Origin: Ptychomitrium polyphyllum
Taxonomy: Eukaryota
NCBI GenBank assembly: GCA_973851085.1
Contig: OZ316776.1
Location: 10,416,001-10,480,000 of the forward strand
Direction: 5' to 3'
Length of the DNA stretch: 64,000 nt
Shown here: positions 11,745 to 25,000 of the stretch, piece by piece
How positions within the stretch are numbered: the first letter of the stretch is position 1
Layout of the letters: each line of letters starts with the position of its first letter
Position numbers and translations under genes: made by a program
Notes under the pieces: generated by a model
Database searches by the model: none
What the model was told of the DNA's origin: nothing
The model's input: only the letters and a program-made list of their open reading frames with translations

Positions 11745-14638
11745 ACACCTAGATAGGTCCAAGGCGTAAGAGCCTTCAACTCTCCAATTTGCTGTGGAAG
11801 TTGCTGCAAGGATGAACACCCAGATAGGTCCAAGGACGTAAGAGCCTTCAACTCTCTAATTAACTGTGGAAGTTGCTACAAGGATAAACACCTAGATAGG
11901 TCCAAGGACGTAACAGCCTTCAACTCTCCAATTTGCTGTGGAAGTTGCTGCAAGGATGAACACTCAGATAGCTCTAAGGTTATAAGAACCTTCAACTCTC
12001 CAATTTGCTGTGGAAGTTGCTGCAAGGATGAACACTTAGATAGGTCCAAGGACGTAGGAGCCTTCAACTCTCCAATTTGCTATGGAAGTAGCTGCAAGGA
12101 TGAACACCCAGATAGGTCCAAGGCGTAAGAGCCTTCAACTCTCCAATTTGCTGTGGAAGTTGCTGCAGGGATGAACCCCCAGATAGGTCCAAGGACGTAA
12201 GAGCCTTCAACTCTCTAATTTGCTGTGGAAGTTGGTCCAAGGATAAACACCGAGATAGGTCCAAGGACATGAGAGCCTTCAACTCTCCAATTTGCTGTGG
12301 AAGTTGCTGCAAGGATAAACACCCAGATAGGTCCAAGGACGTAAGAGCCTTCAACTCTCCAATTTGCTGTGGAAGTTGCGGCAAGGATTTACACCTAGAT
12401 AGGTCCAAGGACGTAAGAGCCTTCAACTCTCTAATTTGCTGTGGAAGTTGCTGCAAGGATGAACACCCAGAGATGTCCAAGGAAGTATGAACCTTCAACT
12501 CTCTAATTTGCTGTGGAAGTTGCTGCAAGGATAAACACCCAGATAGGTCCAAGGACGTAACAGCCTTCAACTCTCCAATTTTCTGTGGAAGTTGCTGCAA
12601 GGATGAACACTTAGATAGGTCCAAGGACGTAAGAGCCTTCAACTCTCCAATTTGCTGTGGAAGTTGCTGCAAGGATGAACACCCAGATAGGTCCAAGGCG
12701 TAAGAGCCTTCAATTCTCCAATTTTCTGTGGAAGTTGCTGCAAGGATGAACACCCAGATAGGTCCAAGGACATAAGAACCTTCAACTCTCCAATTTGCTG
12801 TGGAAGTTGCGGCAAGGATTAACACCTAGATAGGTCCAAGGAAGTAAGAGCCTTCAACTCTCCAATTTGCTGTGGAAGTTGCTGCAGGGATGAACACCCA
12901 GATAGGTCCAAGGACATAAGAGCCTTCAACTCTCCAATTTGCTGTGGAAGTTGCTGCATGGATGAACACCCAGATAGGTCCAAGGACGTAAGAGCCTTCA
13001 ACTCTCCAATTTGTTGTGGAAGTTACTGCAAGGATGAACACCCAGATAGGTCCAAGTAAGTAAGAGCCTTCAACTCTCTAATTTGCTGTGGAAGTTGCTG
13101 CAAGGATAAACACCTAGATAGGTCCAAGAACGTAAGAGCCTTCAACTCTCCAATTTGCTGTGGAAGTTGCTGCAGGGATGAACACCCAGATAGGTCCAAG
13201 GCGTAAGAGCCTTCAACTCTCCAATTTGCTGTGGAAGTTGCTGCAGGGATGAACACCCAGATAGGTCCAAGGACGTAAGAGCCTTCAACTCTCTAATTAA
13301 CTGTGGAAGTTGCTACAAGGATAAACACCTAGATAGGTCCAAGGACGTAACAGCCTTCAACTCTCCAATTTGCTGTGGAAGTTGCTGCAAGGATGAACAC
13401 CCAGATAGCTCTAAGGTTATAAGAACCTTCAACTCTCCAATTTGCTGTGGAAGTTGCTGCAAGGATGAACACTTAGATAGGTCCAAGGACGTAGGAGCCT
13501 TCAACTCTCCAATTTGCTATGGAAGTAGCTGCAAGGATGAACACCCAGATAGGTCCAAGGCGTAAGAGCCTTCAACTCTCCAATTTGCTGTGGAAGTTGC
13601 TGCAGGGATGAACACCCAGATAGGTCCAAGGACGTAAGAGCCTTCAACTCTCTAATTTGCTGTGGAAGTTGGTCCAAGGATAAACACCGAGATAGGTCCA
13701 AGGACATGAGAGCCTTCAACTCTCCAATTTGCTGTGGAAGTTGCTGCAAGGATAAACACCCAGATAGGTCCAAGGACGTAAGAGCCTTCAACTCTCCAAT
13801 TTGCTGTGGAAGTTGCGGCAAGGATTTACACCTAGATAGGTCCAAGGACGTAAGAGCCTTCAACTCTCTAATTTGCTGTGGAAGTTGCTGCAAGGATGAA
13901 CACCCAGATATGTCCAAGGAAGTATGAGCCTTCAACTCTCTAATTTGCTGTGGAAGTTGCTGCAAGGATAAACACCCAGATAGGTCCAAGGACGTAACAG
14001 CCTTCAACTCTCCAATTTTCTGTGGAAGTTGCTGCAAGGATGAACACTTAGATAGGTCCAAGGACGTAGGAGCCTTCAACTCTCCAGTTTGCTGTGGAAG
14101 TTGCTGCAAGGATGAACACCCAGATAGGTCCAAGGCGTAAGAGCCTTCAATTCTCCAATTTTCTGTGGAAGTTGCTGCAAGGATGAACACCCAGATAGGT
14201 CCAAGGACATAAGAACCTTCAACTCTCCAATTTGCTGTGGAAGTTGCGGCAAGGATTAACACCTAGATAGGTCCAAGGAAGTAAGAGCCTTCAACTCTCC
14301 AATTTGCTGTGGAAGTTGCTGCAGGGATGAACACCCAGATAGGTCCAAGGACATAAGAGCCTTCAACTCTCCAATTTGCTGTGGAAGTTGCTGCATGGAT
14401 GAACACCCAGATAGGTCCAAGGACGTAAGAGCCTTCAACTCTCCAATTTGTTGTGGAAGTTACTGCAAGGATGAACACCCAGATAGGTCCAAGTAAGTAA
14501 GAGCCTTCAACTCTCTAATTTGCTGTGGAAGTTGCTGCAAGGATAAACACCTAGATAGGTCCAAGAACGTAAGAGCCTTCAACTCTCCAATTTGCTGTGG
14601 AAGTTGCTGCAGGGATGAACACCCAGATAGGTCCAAGG
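11745..14638. repeat. Higher-order repeat, 1437-bp unit (20 monomers, three of 71 bp), 2 tandem copies
   Basis: Rare variants aattaactg, gttggtccaagg, gacatgagag and gatttacacc recur at +1437. ORF pairs 11876/13313, 12064/13501 and 12819/14256 all differ by 1437. Confidence 0.93.
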
Positions 14639-17600
14639 ACGTAAGAGCCTTCAACTCTCCAATTTGTTGTGGAAGTTGCTGCAAGGATGAACACCCAGAT
14701 AGGTCCAAGGACGTAAGAGCCTTCAACTCTCCAATTTGTTGTGGAAGTTGCTGCAAGGATGAACACCCAGATAGGTCCAAGGACGTAAGAGCCTTCAACT
14801 CTCCAATTTGTTGTGGAAGTTGCTGCAAGGATGAACACCCAGATAGGTCCAAGGACGTAAGAGCCTTCAACTCTCTAATTTGCTGTGGAAGTTGCTGCAG
14901 GGATGAACACCCAGATAGGTCGAAGGACGTAAGAGCCTTCAACTCTCCAATTTGTTGTGGAAGTTACTGCAAGGATGAACACCCAGATAGGTCCAAGTAA
15001 GTAAGAGCCTTCAACTCTCTAATTTGCTGTGGAAGTTGCTGCAAGGATAAACACCTAGATAGGTCCAAGAACGTAAGAGCCTTCAACTCTCCAATTTGCT
15101 GTGGAAGTTGCTGCAGGGATGAACACCCAGTTAGGTCCAAGGACGTAAGAGCCTTCAACTCTCCAATTTGTTGTGGAAGTTGCTGCACGGATGAACACCC
15201 AGATAGGTCCAAGGACGTAAGAGCCTTCAACTCTCTAATTTGTTGTGGAAGTTGCTGCAAGGATGAACACCCAGATAGGTCCAAGGACGTAAGAGCCTTC
15301 AACTCTCTAATTTGCTGTGGAAGTTGCTGCAGGGATGAACACCCAGATAGGTCCAAGGACGTAAGAGCCTTCAACTCTCCAATTTGTTGGGGAAGTTGCT
15401 GCAAGGATGAACACCCAGATAGGTCCAAGGACGTAAGAGCCTTCAACTCTCTAATTTGCTGTGGAAGTTGCTGCAGGGATGAACACCCAGATAGGTCCAA
15501 GGACGTAAGAGCCTTCAACTCTCCAATTTGTTGTGGAAGTTGCTGCAAGGATGAACACCCAGTTAAGTCCAAGGAAGTATGAGCCTTCAATTCTTCAATT
15601 TGCTATGGAAGTTGCTGCAATGATGAACACCCAGATAGGTCCAAGGACGTAAGAGCCTTCAACTCTCTAATTTGCTGTGGAAGTTGCGGCAAGGATTAAC
15701 ACCTAGATAGGTCCAAGGACGTAAGAGCCTTCAACTCTCTAATTTGCTGTGGAAGTTGCTGCAAGGATAAACACCCCGATATGTCCAAGGAAGTATGAGC
15801 CTTCAACTCTCTAATTTGCTGTGGAAGTTGCTGCAAGGATAAACACCCAGATAGGTCCAAGGACGTAACAGCCTTCAACTCTCCAATTTTCTGTGGAAGT
15901 TGCTGCAAGGATGAACACTTAGATAGGTCCAAGGACGTAGGAGCCTTCAACTCTCCAATTTGCTGTGGAAGTTGCTGCAAGGATGAACACCCAGATAGGT
16001 CCAAGGCGTAAGAGCCTTCAATTCTCCAATTTTCTGTGGAAGTTGCTGCAAGGATGAACACCCAGATAGGTCCAAGGACATAAGAACCTTCAACTCTCCA
16101 ATTTGCTGTGGAAGTTGCGGCAAGGATTAACACCTAGATAGGTCCAAGGAAGTAAGAGCCTTCAACTCTCCAATTTGCTGTGGAAGTTGCTGCAGGGATG
16201 AACACCCAGATAGGTCCAAGGACATAAGAGCCTTCAACTCTCCAATTTGCTGTGGAAGTTGCTGCATGGATGAACACCCAGATAGGTCCAAGGACGTAAG
16301 AGCCTTCAACTCTCCAATTTGTTGTGGAAGTTGCTGCAAGGATGAACACCCAGATAGGTCCAAGGACGTAAGAGCCTTCAACTCTCCAATTTGTTGTGGA
16401 AGTTGCTGCAAGGATGAACACCCAGATAGGTCCAAGGACGTAAGAGCCTTCAACTCTCCAATTTGTTGTGGAAGTTGCTGCAAGGATAAACACCCAGATA
16501 GGTCCAAGGACGTAAGAGCCTTCAACTCTCCAATTTGTTGTGGAAGTTGCTGCAAGGATGAACACCCAGATAGGTCCAAGGACGTAAGAGCCTTCAACTC
16601 TCCAATTTGTTGTGGAAGTTGCTGCAAGGATGAACACCCAGATAGGTCCAAGGACGTAAGAGCCTTCAACTCTCTAATTTGCTGTGGAAGTTGCTACAAG
16701 GATAAACACCTAGATAGGTCCAAGGACGTAAGAGCCTTCAACTCTCCAATTTGCTGTGGAAGTTGCTGCAGGGATGAACACCCAGATAGGTCCAAGGACG
16801 TAAGAGCCTTCAACTCTCCAATTTGTTGTGGAAGTTGCTGCAAGGATGAACACCCAGATAGGTCCAAGCACGTAAGAGCCTTCAACTCTCCAATTTGTTG
16901 TGGAAGTTGCTGCAAGGATGAACACCCAGATAGGTCCAAGGACGTAAGAGCCTTCAACTCTCTAATTTGCTGTGAAAGTTGCTGCAGGGATGAACACCCA
17001 GATAGGTCCAAGGACGTAAGAGCCTTCAACTCTCCAATTTGTTGTGGAAGTTGCTGCAAGGATGAACACCCAGATAGGTCCAAGGACATAAGAGCCTTCA
17101 ACTCTCCAATTTGCTGTGGAAGTTGCGGCAAGGATGAACACCTAGATAGGTCCAAGGACGTAAGAGCCTTCAACTCTCCAATTTGTTGTGGAAGTTGCTG
17201 CAAGGATGAACACCCAGATATGTCCAAGGAAGTATGAGCCTTCAACTCTCTAATTTGCTGTGGAAGTTGCTGCAAGGATAAACACCCAGATAGGTCCAAG
17301 GACGTAAGAGCCTTCAACTCTCTAATTTGCTGTGGAAGTTGCTACAAGGATAAACAACCAGATAGGTCCAAGGACATAAGAGCCTTCAACTCTCCAATTT
17401 GCTGTGGAAGTTGCTGCAAGGATGAACACCCAGATAGGTCCAAGGACATAAGAGCCTTCAACTCTCCAATTTGTTGTGGAAGTTGCTGCAAGGATGAACA
17501 CCCAGATAGGTCCAAGGACGTAAGAGCCTTCAACTCTCTAATTTGCTGTGGAAGTTGCTGTAGGGATGAACACCCAGATAGGTCCAAGGACGTAAGAGCC

Positions 17601-18189
17601 TTCAACTGTCCAATTTGTTGTGGAAGTTGCTGCAAGGATGAACACCCAGATAGGTCCAAGGACGTAAGAGCCTTCAACTCTCCAATTTGCTTTAGAAGAT
17701 GCTGCAAGGATGAACACCTAGATAGGTCCAAGGACGTAAGAGTCTTCAACCCTCCAATTTGCTGTGGAAGTTGCTGCAAGGATGAACACCCAAATAGGTC
17801 CAAGGACGTAAGAGCCTTCAACTCTCCAATTTGTTGTGGAAGTTGCTGCAAGGATGAACACCCAGATAGGTCCAAGGACGTAAGAGCCTTCAACTCTCCA
17901 ATTTGTTGTGGAAGTTGCTGCAAGGATGAACACCCAGATAGGTCCAAGGACGTCAGAGCCTTCAACTCTCCAATTTGTTGTGGAAGTTGCTGCAAGGATG
18001 AACACCCAGATATGTCCAAGGAAGTATGAGCCTTCAACTCTCTAATTTGCTGTGGAAGTTGCTGCAAGGATAAACACCCAGATAGGTCCAAGGACGTAAG
18101 AGCCTTCAACTCTCTAATTTGCTGTGGAAGTTGCTACAAGGATAAACACCTAGATAGGTCCAAGGACGTAACAGCCTTCAACTCTCCAA

Positions 18190-21100
18190 TTTGCTGTGGA
18201 AGTTGCTGCAAGGATGAACACCCAGATAGCTCTAAGGTTATAAGAACCTTCAACTCTCCAATTTTCTGTGGAAGTTGCTGCAAGGATGAACACTTAGATA
18301 GGTCCAAGGACGTAGGAGCCTTCAACTCTCCAATTTGCTATGGAAGTAGCTGCAAGGATGAACACCCAGATAGGTCCAAGGCGTAAGAGCCTTCAACTCT
18401 CCAATTTGCTGTGGAAGTTGCTGCAGGGATGAACACCCAGATAGGTCCAAGGTCGTAAGAGCCTTCAACTCTCCAATTTGCTGTGGAAGTTGCTGCAAGG
18501 ATGAACACCCAGATAGGTCCAAGCACGTAAGAGCCTTCAACTCTCCAATTTGTTGTGGAAGTTGCTGCAAGGATGAACACCCAGATAGGTCCAAGGACGT
18601 AAGAGCCTTCAACTCTCTAATTTGCTGTGGAAGTTGCTACAGGGATAAACACCGAGATAGGTCCAAGGACATAAGAGCCTTCAACTCTCCAATTTGCTGT
18701 GGAAGTTGCTGCAAGGATAAACACCCAGATAGGTCCAAGGACGTAAGAGCCTTCAACTCTCCAATTTGCTGTGGAAGTTGCGGCAAGGATTAACACCTAG
18801 ATAGGTCCAAGGACGTAAGAGCCTTCAGCTCTCTAATTTGCTGTGAAAGTTGCTGCAAGGATGAACACCCAGATATGTCCAAGGAAGTATGAGCCTTCAA
18901 CTCTCTAATTTGCTGTGGAAGTTGCTGCAAGGATAAACACCCAGATAGGTCCAAGGACGTAACAGCCTTCAACTCTCCAATTTTCTGTGGAAGTTGCTGC
19001 AAGGATGAACACTTAGATAGGTCCAAGGCGTAAGAGCCTTCAATTCTCCAATTTTCTGTGGAAGTTGCTGCAAGGATGAACACTTAGATAGGTCCAAGGA
19101 CATAAGAGCCTTCAACTCTCCAATTTGCTGTGGAAGTTGCGGCAAGGATTAACACCTAGATAGGTCCAAGGAAGTAAGAGCCTTCAACTCTCTAATTTGC
19201 TGTGGAAGTTGCTGCAAGGATAAACACCTAGATAGGTCCAAGGAAGTAAGAGCCTTCAACTCTCCAATTTGTTGTGGAAGTTGCGGCAGGGATGAACACC
19301 CAGATAGGTCCAAGGACATAAGAGCCTTCAACTCTCCAATTTGCTGTGGAAGTTGCTGCATGGATGAACACCCAGATAGGTCCAAGGACGTAAGAGCCTT
19401 CAACTCTCCAATTTGTTGTGGAAGTTACTGCAAGGATGAACACCCAGATAGGTCCAAGTAAGTAAGAGCCTTCAACTCTCTAATTTGCTGTGGAAGTTGC
19501 TGCAAGGATAAACACCTAGATAGGTCCAAGAACGTAAGAGCCTTCAACTCTCCAATTTGCTGTGGAAGTTGCTGCAGGGATGAACACCTAGATAGGTCCA
19601 AGGACGTAAGAGCCTTCAACTCTCCAATTTGTTGTGGAAGTTGCTGCAAAGATGAACACCCAGATAGGTCCAAGGACGTAAGAGCCTTCAACTCTCCAAT
19701 TTGTTGTGGAAGTTGCTGCAAGGATGAACACCCAGATAGGTCCAAGGACGTAAGAGCCTTCAACTCTCCAATTTGTTGTGGAAGTTGCTGCAAGGATGAA
19801 CACCCAGATAGGTCCAAGGACGTAAGAGCCTTCAACTCTCTAATTTGTTGTGGAAGTTGCTGCAAGGATAAACACCTAGATAGGTCCAAGGACGTAAGAG
19901 CCTTCAACTCTCCAATTTGTTGTGGAAGTTGCTGCAAGGATGAACACCCAGATAGCTCTAAGGTTATAAGAACCTTCAACTCTCCAATTTGCTGTGGAAG
20001 TTGCTGCAAGGATGAACACTTAGATAGGTCCAAGGACGTAGGAGCCTTCAACTCTCCAATTTGCTATGGAAGTAGCTGCAAGGATGAACACCCAGATAGG
20101 TCCAAGGCGTAAGAGCCTTCAACTCTCCAATTTGCTGTGGAAGTTGCTGCAGGGATGAACACCCAGATAGGTCCAAGGTCGTAAGAGCCTTCAACTCTCC
20201 AATTTGCTGTGGAAGTTGCTGCAAGGATGAACACCCAGATAGGTCCAAGCACGTAAGAGCCTTCAACTCTCCAATTTGTTGTGGAAGTTGCTGCAAGGAT
20301 GAACACCCAGATAGGTCCAAGGACGTAAGAGCCTTCAACTCTCTAATTTGCTGTGGAAGTTGCTACAGGGATAAACACCGAGATAGGTCCAAGGACATAA
20401 GAGCCTTCAACTCTCCAATTTGCTGTGGAAGTTGCTGCAAGGATAAACACCCAGATAGGTCCAAGGACGTAAGAGCCTTCAACTCTCCAATTTGCTGTGG
20501 AAGTTGCGGCAAGGATTAACACCTAGATAGGTCCAAGGACGTAAGAGCCTTCAGCTCTCTAATTTGCTGTGAAAGTTGCTGCAAGGATGAACACCCAGAT
20601 ATGTCCAAGGAAGTATGAGCCTTCAACTCTCTAATTTGCTGTGGAAGTTGCTGCAAGGATAAACACCCAGATAGGTCCAAGGACGTAACAGCCTTCAACT
20701 CTCCAATTTTCTGTGGAAGTTGCTGCAAGGATGAACACTTAGATAGGTCCAAGGCGTAAGAGCCTTCAATTCTCCAATTTTCTGTGGAAGTTGCTGCAAG
20801 GATGAACACTTAGATAGGTCCAAGGACATAAGAGCCTTCAACTCTCCAATTTGCTGTGGAAGTTGCGGCAAGGATTAACACCTAGATAGGTCCAAGGAAG
20901 TAAGAGCCTTCAACTCTCTAATTTGCTGTGGAAGTTGCTGCAAGGATAAACACCTAGATAGGTCCAAGGAAGTAAGAGCCTTCAACTCTCCAATTTGTTG
21001 TGGAAGTTGCGGCAGGGATGAACACCCAGATAGGTCCAAGGACATAAGAGCCTTCAACTCTCCAATTTGCTGTGGAAGTTGCTGCATGGATGAACACCCA

Positions 21101-22085
21101 GATAGGTCCAAGGACGTAAGAGCCTTCAACTCTCCAATTTGTTGTGGAAGTTACTGCAAGGATGAACACCCAGATAGGTCCAAGTAAGTAAGAGCCTTCA
21201 ACTCTCTAATTTGCTGTGGAAGTTGCTGCAAGGATAAACACCTAGATAGGTCCAAGAACGTAAGAGCCTTCAACTCTCCAATTTGCTGTGGAAGTTGCTG
21301 CAGGGATGAACACCTAGATAGGTCCAAGGACGTAAGAGCCTTCAACTCTCCAATTTGTTGTGGAAGTTGCTGCAAAGATGAACACCCAGATAGGTCCAAG
21401 GACGTAAGAGCCTTCAACTCTCCAATTTGTTGTGGAAGTTGCTGCAAGGATGAACACCCAGATAGGTCCAAGGACGTAAGAGCCTTCAACTCTCCAATTT
21501 GTTGTGGAAGTTGCTGCAAGGATGAACACCCAGATAGGTCCAAGGACGTAAGAGCCTTCAACTCTCTAATTTGTTGTGGAAGTTGCTGCAAGGATAAACA
21601 CCTAGATAGGTCCAAGGACGTAAGAGCCTTCAACTCTCCAATTTGTTGTGGAAGTTGCTGCAAGGATGAACACCCAGATAGCTCTAAGGTTATAAGAACC
21701 TTCAACTCTCCAATTTGCTGTGGAAGTTGCTGCAAGGATGAACACTTAGATAGGTCCAAGGACGTAGGAGCCTTCAACTCTCCAATTTGCTATGGAAGTA
21801 GCTGCAAGGATGAACACCCAGATAGGTCCAAGGCGTAAGAGCCTTCAACTCTCCAATTTGCTGTGGAAGTTGCTGCAGGGATGAACACCCAGATAGGTCC
21901 AAGGTCGTAAGAGCCTTCAACTCTCCAATTTGCTGTGGAAGTTGCTGCAAGGATGAACACCCAGATAGGTCCAAGCACGTAAGAGCCTTCAACTCTCCAA
22001 TTTGTTGTGGAAGTTGCTGCAAGGATGAACACCCAGATAGGTCCAAGGACGTAAGAGCCTTCAACTCTCTAATTTGCTGTGGAAG
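18190..22085. repeat. Higher-order repeat, 1726-bp unit (24 monomers minus 2 bp), ~2.25 copies
   Basis: ORF pairs 18322/20048/21774, 18790/20516, 19149/20875 and 19425/21151 are each offset by 1726, with identical variant strings. Confidence 0.93.
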
Positions 22086-25000
22086 TTGCTGCAGGGATGA
22101 ACACCCAGATAGGTCCAAGGACGTAAGAGCCTTCAACTCTCCAATTTGTTGTGGAAGTTGCTGCAAGGATGAACACCCAGTTAAGTCCAAGGAAGTATGA
22201 GCCTTCAATTCTTCAATTTGCTATGGAAGTTGCTGCAATGATGAACATCCAGATAGGTCCAAGGACATAAGAGCTTTCAACTTTCCAATTTGCTGTGGTA
22301 GTTGCAGCAAGGATTAACACCTAGATAGGTCCAAGGCGTAAGAGCCTTCAACTCTCCAATTTGCTGTGGAAGTTGCTGCAGGGATGAACACCCAGATAGG
22401 TCCAAGGACATAAGAGCCTTCAACTCTCCAATTTGCTGTGGAAGTTGCTGCAGGGATGAACACCCAGATAGGTCCAAGGACATAAGAGCCTTCAACTCTC
22501 CAATTTGCTGTGGAAGTTGCTGCATGGATGAACACCCAGATAGGTCCAAGGACATAAGAGCCTTCAACTCTCCAATTTGCTGTGGAAGTTGCGGCAAGGA
22601 TTAACACCTAGATAGGTCCAAGGACGTAAGAGCCTTCAACTGTCTAATTTGCTGTGGAAGTTGCTGCAAGGATAAACACCGAGATAGGTCCAAGGACATA
22701 AGAGCCTTCAACTCTCCAATTTGCTGTGGAAGTTGCTGCAAGGATGAACACCCAGTTAAGTCCAAGGAAGTATGAGCCTTCAACTCTCCAATTTGCTGTG
22801 GAAGTTGCGGCAAGGATTAACACCTAGATAGGTCCAAGGACGTAAGAGCCTTCAGCTCTCTAATTTGCTGTGGAAGTTGCTGCAAGGATGAACACCCAGA
22901 TATGTCCAAGGAAGTATGAGCCTTCAACTCTCTAATTTGCTGTGGAAGTTGCTGCAAGGATAAACACCCAGATAGGTCCAAGGACGTAACAGCCTTCAAC
23001 TCTCCAATTTTCTGTGGAAGTTGCTGCAAGGATGAACAATTAGATAGGTCCAAGGACGTAGGAGCCTTCAACTCTCCAATTTGCTGTGGAAGTTGCTGCA
23101 AGGATGAACACCCAGATAGGTCTAAGGCGTAAGAGCCTTCAATTCTCCAATTTTCTGTGGAAGTTGCTGCAAGGATGAACACTTAGATAGGTCCAAGGCG
23201 TAAGAGCCTTCAATTCTCCAATTTTCTGTGGAAGTTGCTGCAAGGATGAACACTTAGATAGGTCCAAGGACATAAGAGCCTTCAACTCTCCAATTTGCTG
23301 TGGAAGTTGCGGCAAGGATTAACACCTAGATAGGTCCAAGGAAGTAAGAGCCTTCAACTCTCTAATTTGCTGTGGAAGTTGCTGCAAGGATAAACACCTA
23401 GATAGGTCCAAGGAAGTAAGAGCCTTCAACTCTCCAATTTGTTGTGGAAGTTGCGGCAGGGATGAACACCCAGATAGGTCCAAGGACATAAGAGCCTTCA
23501 ACTCTCCAATTTGCTGTGGAAGTTGCTGCATGGATGAACACCCAGATAGGTCCAAGGACGTAAGAGCCTTCAACTCTCCAATTTGTTGTGGAAGTTACTG
23601 CAAGGATGAACACCCAGATAGGTCCAAGTAAGTAAGAGCCTTCAACTCTCTAATTTGCTGTGGAAGTTGCTGCAAGGATAAACACCTAGATAGGTCCAAG
23701 AACGTAAGAGCCTTCAACTCTCCAATTTGCTGTGGAAGTTGCTGCAGGGATGAACACCTAGATAGGTCCAAGGACGTAAGAGCCTTCAACTCTCCAATTT
23801 GTTGTGGAAGTTGCTGCAAAGATGAACACCCAGATAGGTCCAAGGACGTAAGAGCCTTCAACTCTCCAATTTGTTGTGGAAGTTGCTGCAAGGATGAACA
23901 CCCAGATAGGTCCAAGGACGTAAGAGCCTTCAACTCTCCAATTTGTTGTGGAAGTTGCTGCAAGGATGAACACCCAGATAGGTCCAAGGACGTAAGAGCC
24001 TTCAACTCTCTAATTTGTTGTGGAAGTTGCTGCAAGGATAAACACCTAGATAGGTCCAAGGACGTAAGAGCCTTCAACTCTCCAATTTGTTGTGGAAGTT
24101 GCTGCAAGGATGAACACCCAGATAGCTCTAAGGTTATAAGAACCTTCAACTCTCCAATTTGCTGTGGAAGTTGCTGCAAGGATGAACACTTAGATAGGTC
24201 CAAGGACGTAGGAGCCTTCAACTCTCCAATTTGCTATGGAAGTAGCTGCAAGGATGAACACCCAGATAGGTCCAAGGCGTAAGAGCCTTCAACTCTCCAA
24301 TTTGCTGTGGAAGTTGCTGCAGGGATGAACACCCAGATAGGTCCAAGGTCGTAAGAGCCTTCAACTCTCCAATTTGCTGTGGAAGTTGCTGCAAGGATGA
24401 ACACCCAGATAGGTCCAAGCACGTAAGAGCCTTCAACTCTCCAATTTGTTGTGGAAGTTGCTGCAAGGATGAACACCCAGATAGGTCCAAGGACGTAAGA
24501 GCCTTCAACTCTCTAATTTGCTGTGGAAGTTGCTACAGGGATAAACACCGAGATAGGTCCAAGGACATAAGAGCCTTCAACTCTCCAATTTGCTGTGGAA
24601 GTTGCTGCAAGGATAAACACCCAGATAGGTCCAAGGACGTAAGAGCCTTCAACTCTCCAATTTGCTGTGGAAGTTGCGGCAAGGATTAACACCTAGATAG
24701 GTCCAAGGACGTAAGAGCCTTCAGCTCTCTAATTTGCTGTGAAAGTTGCTGCAAGGATGAACACCCAGATATGTCCAAGGAAGTATGAGCCTTCAACTCT
24801 CTAATTTGCTGTGGAAGTTGCTGCAAGGATAAACACCCAGATAGGTCCAAGGACGTAACAGCCTTCAACTCTCCAATTTTCTGTGGAAGTTGCTGCAAGG
24901 ATGAACACTTAGATAGGTCCAAGGCGTAAGAGCCTTCAATTCTCCAATTTTCTGTGGAAGTTGCTGCAAGGATGAACACTTAGATAGGTCCAAGGACATA

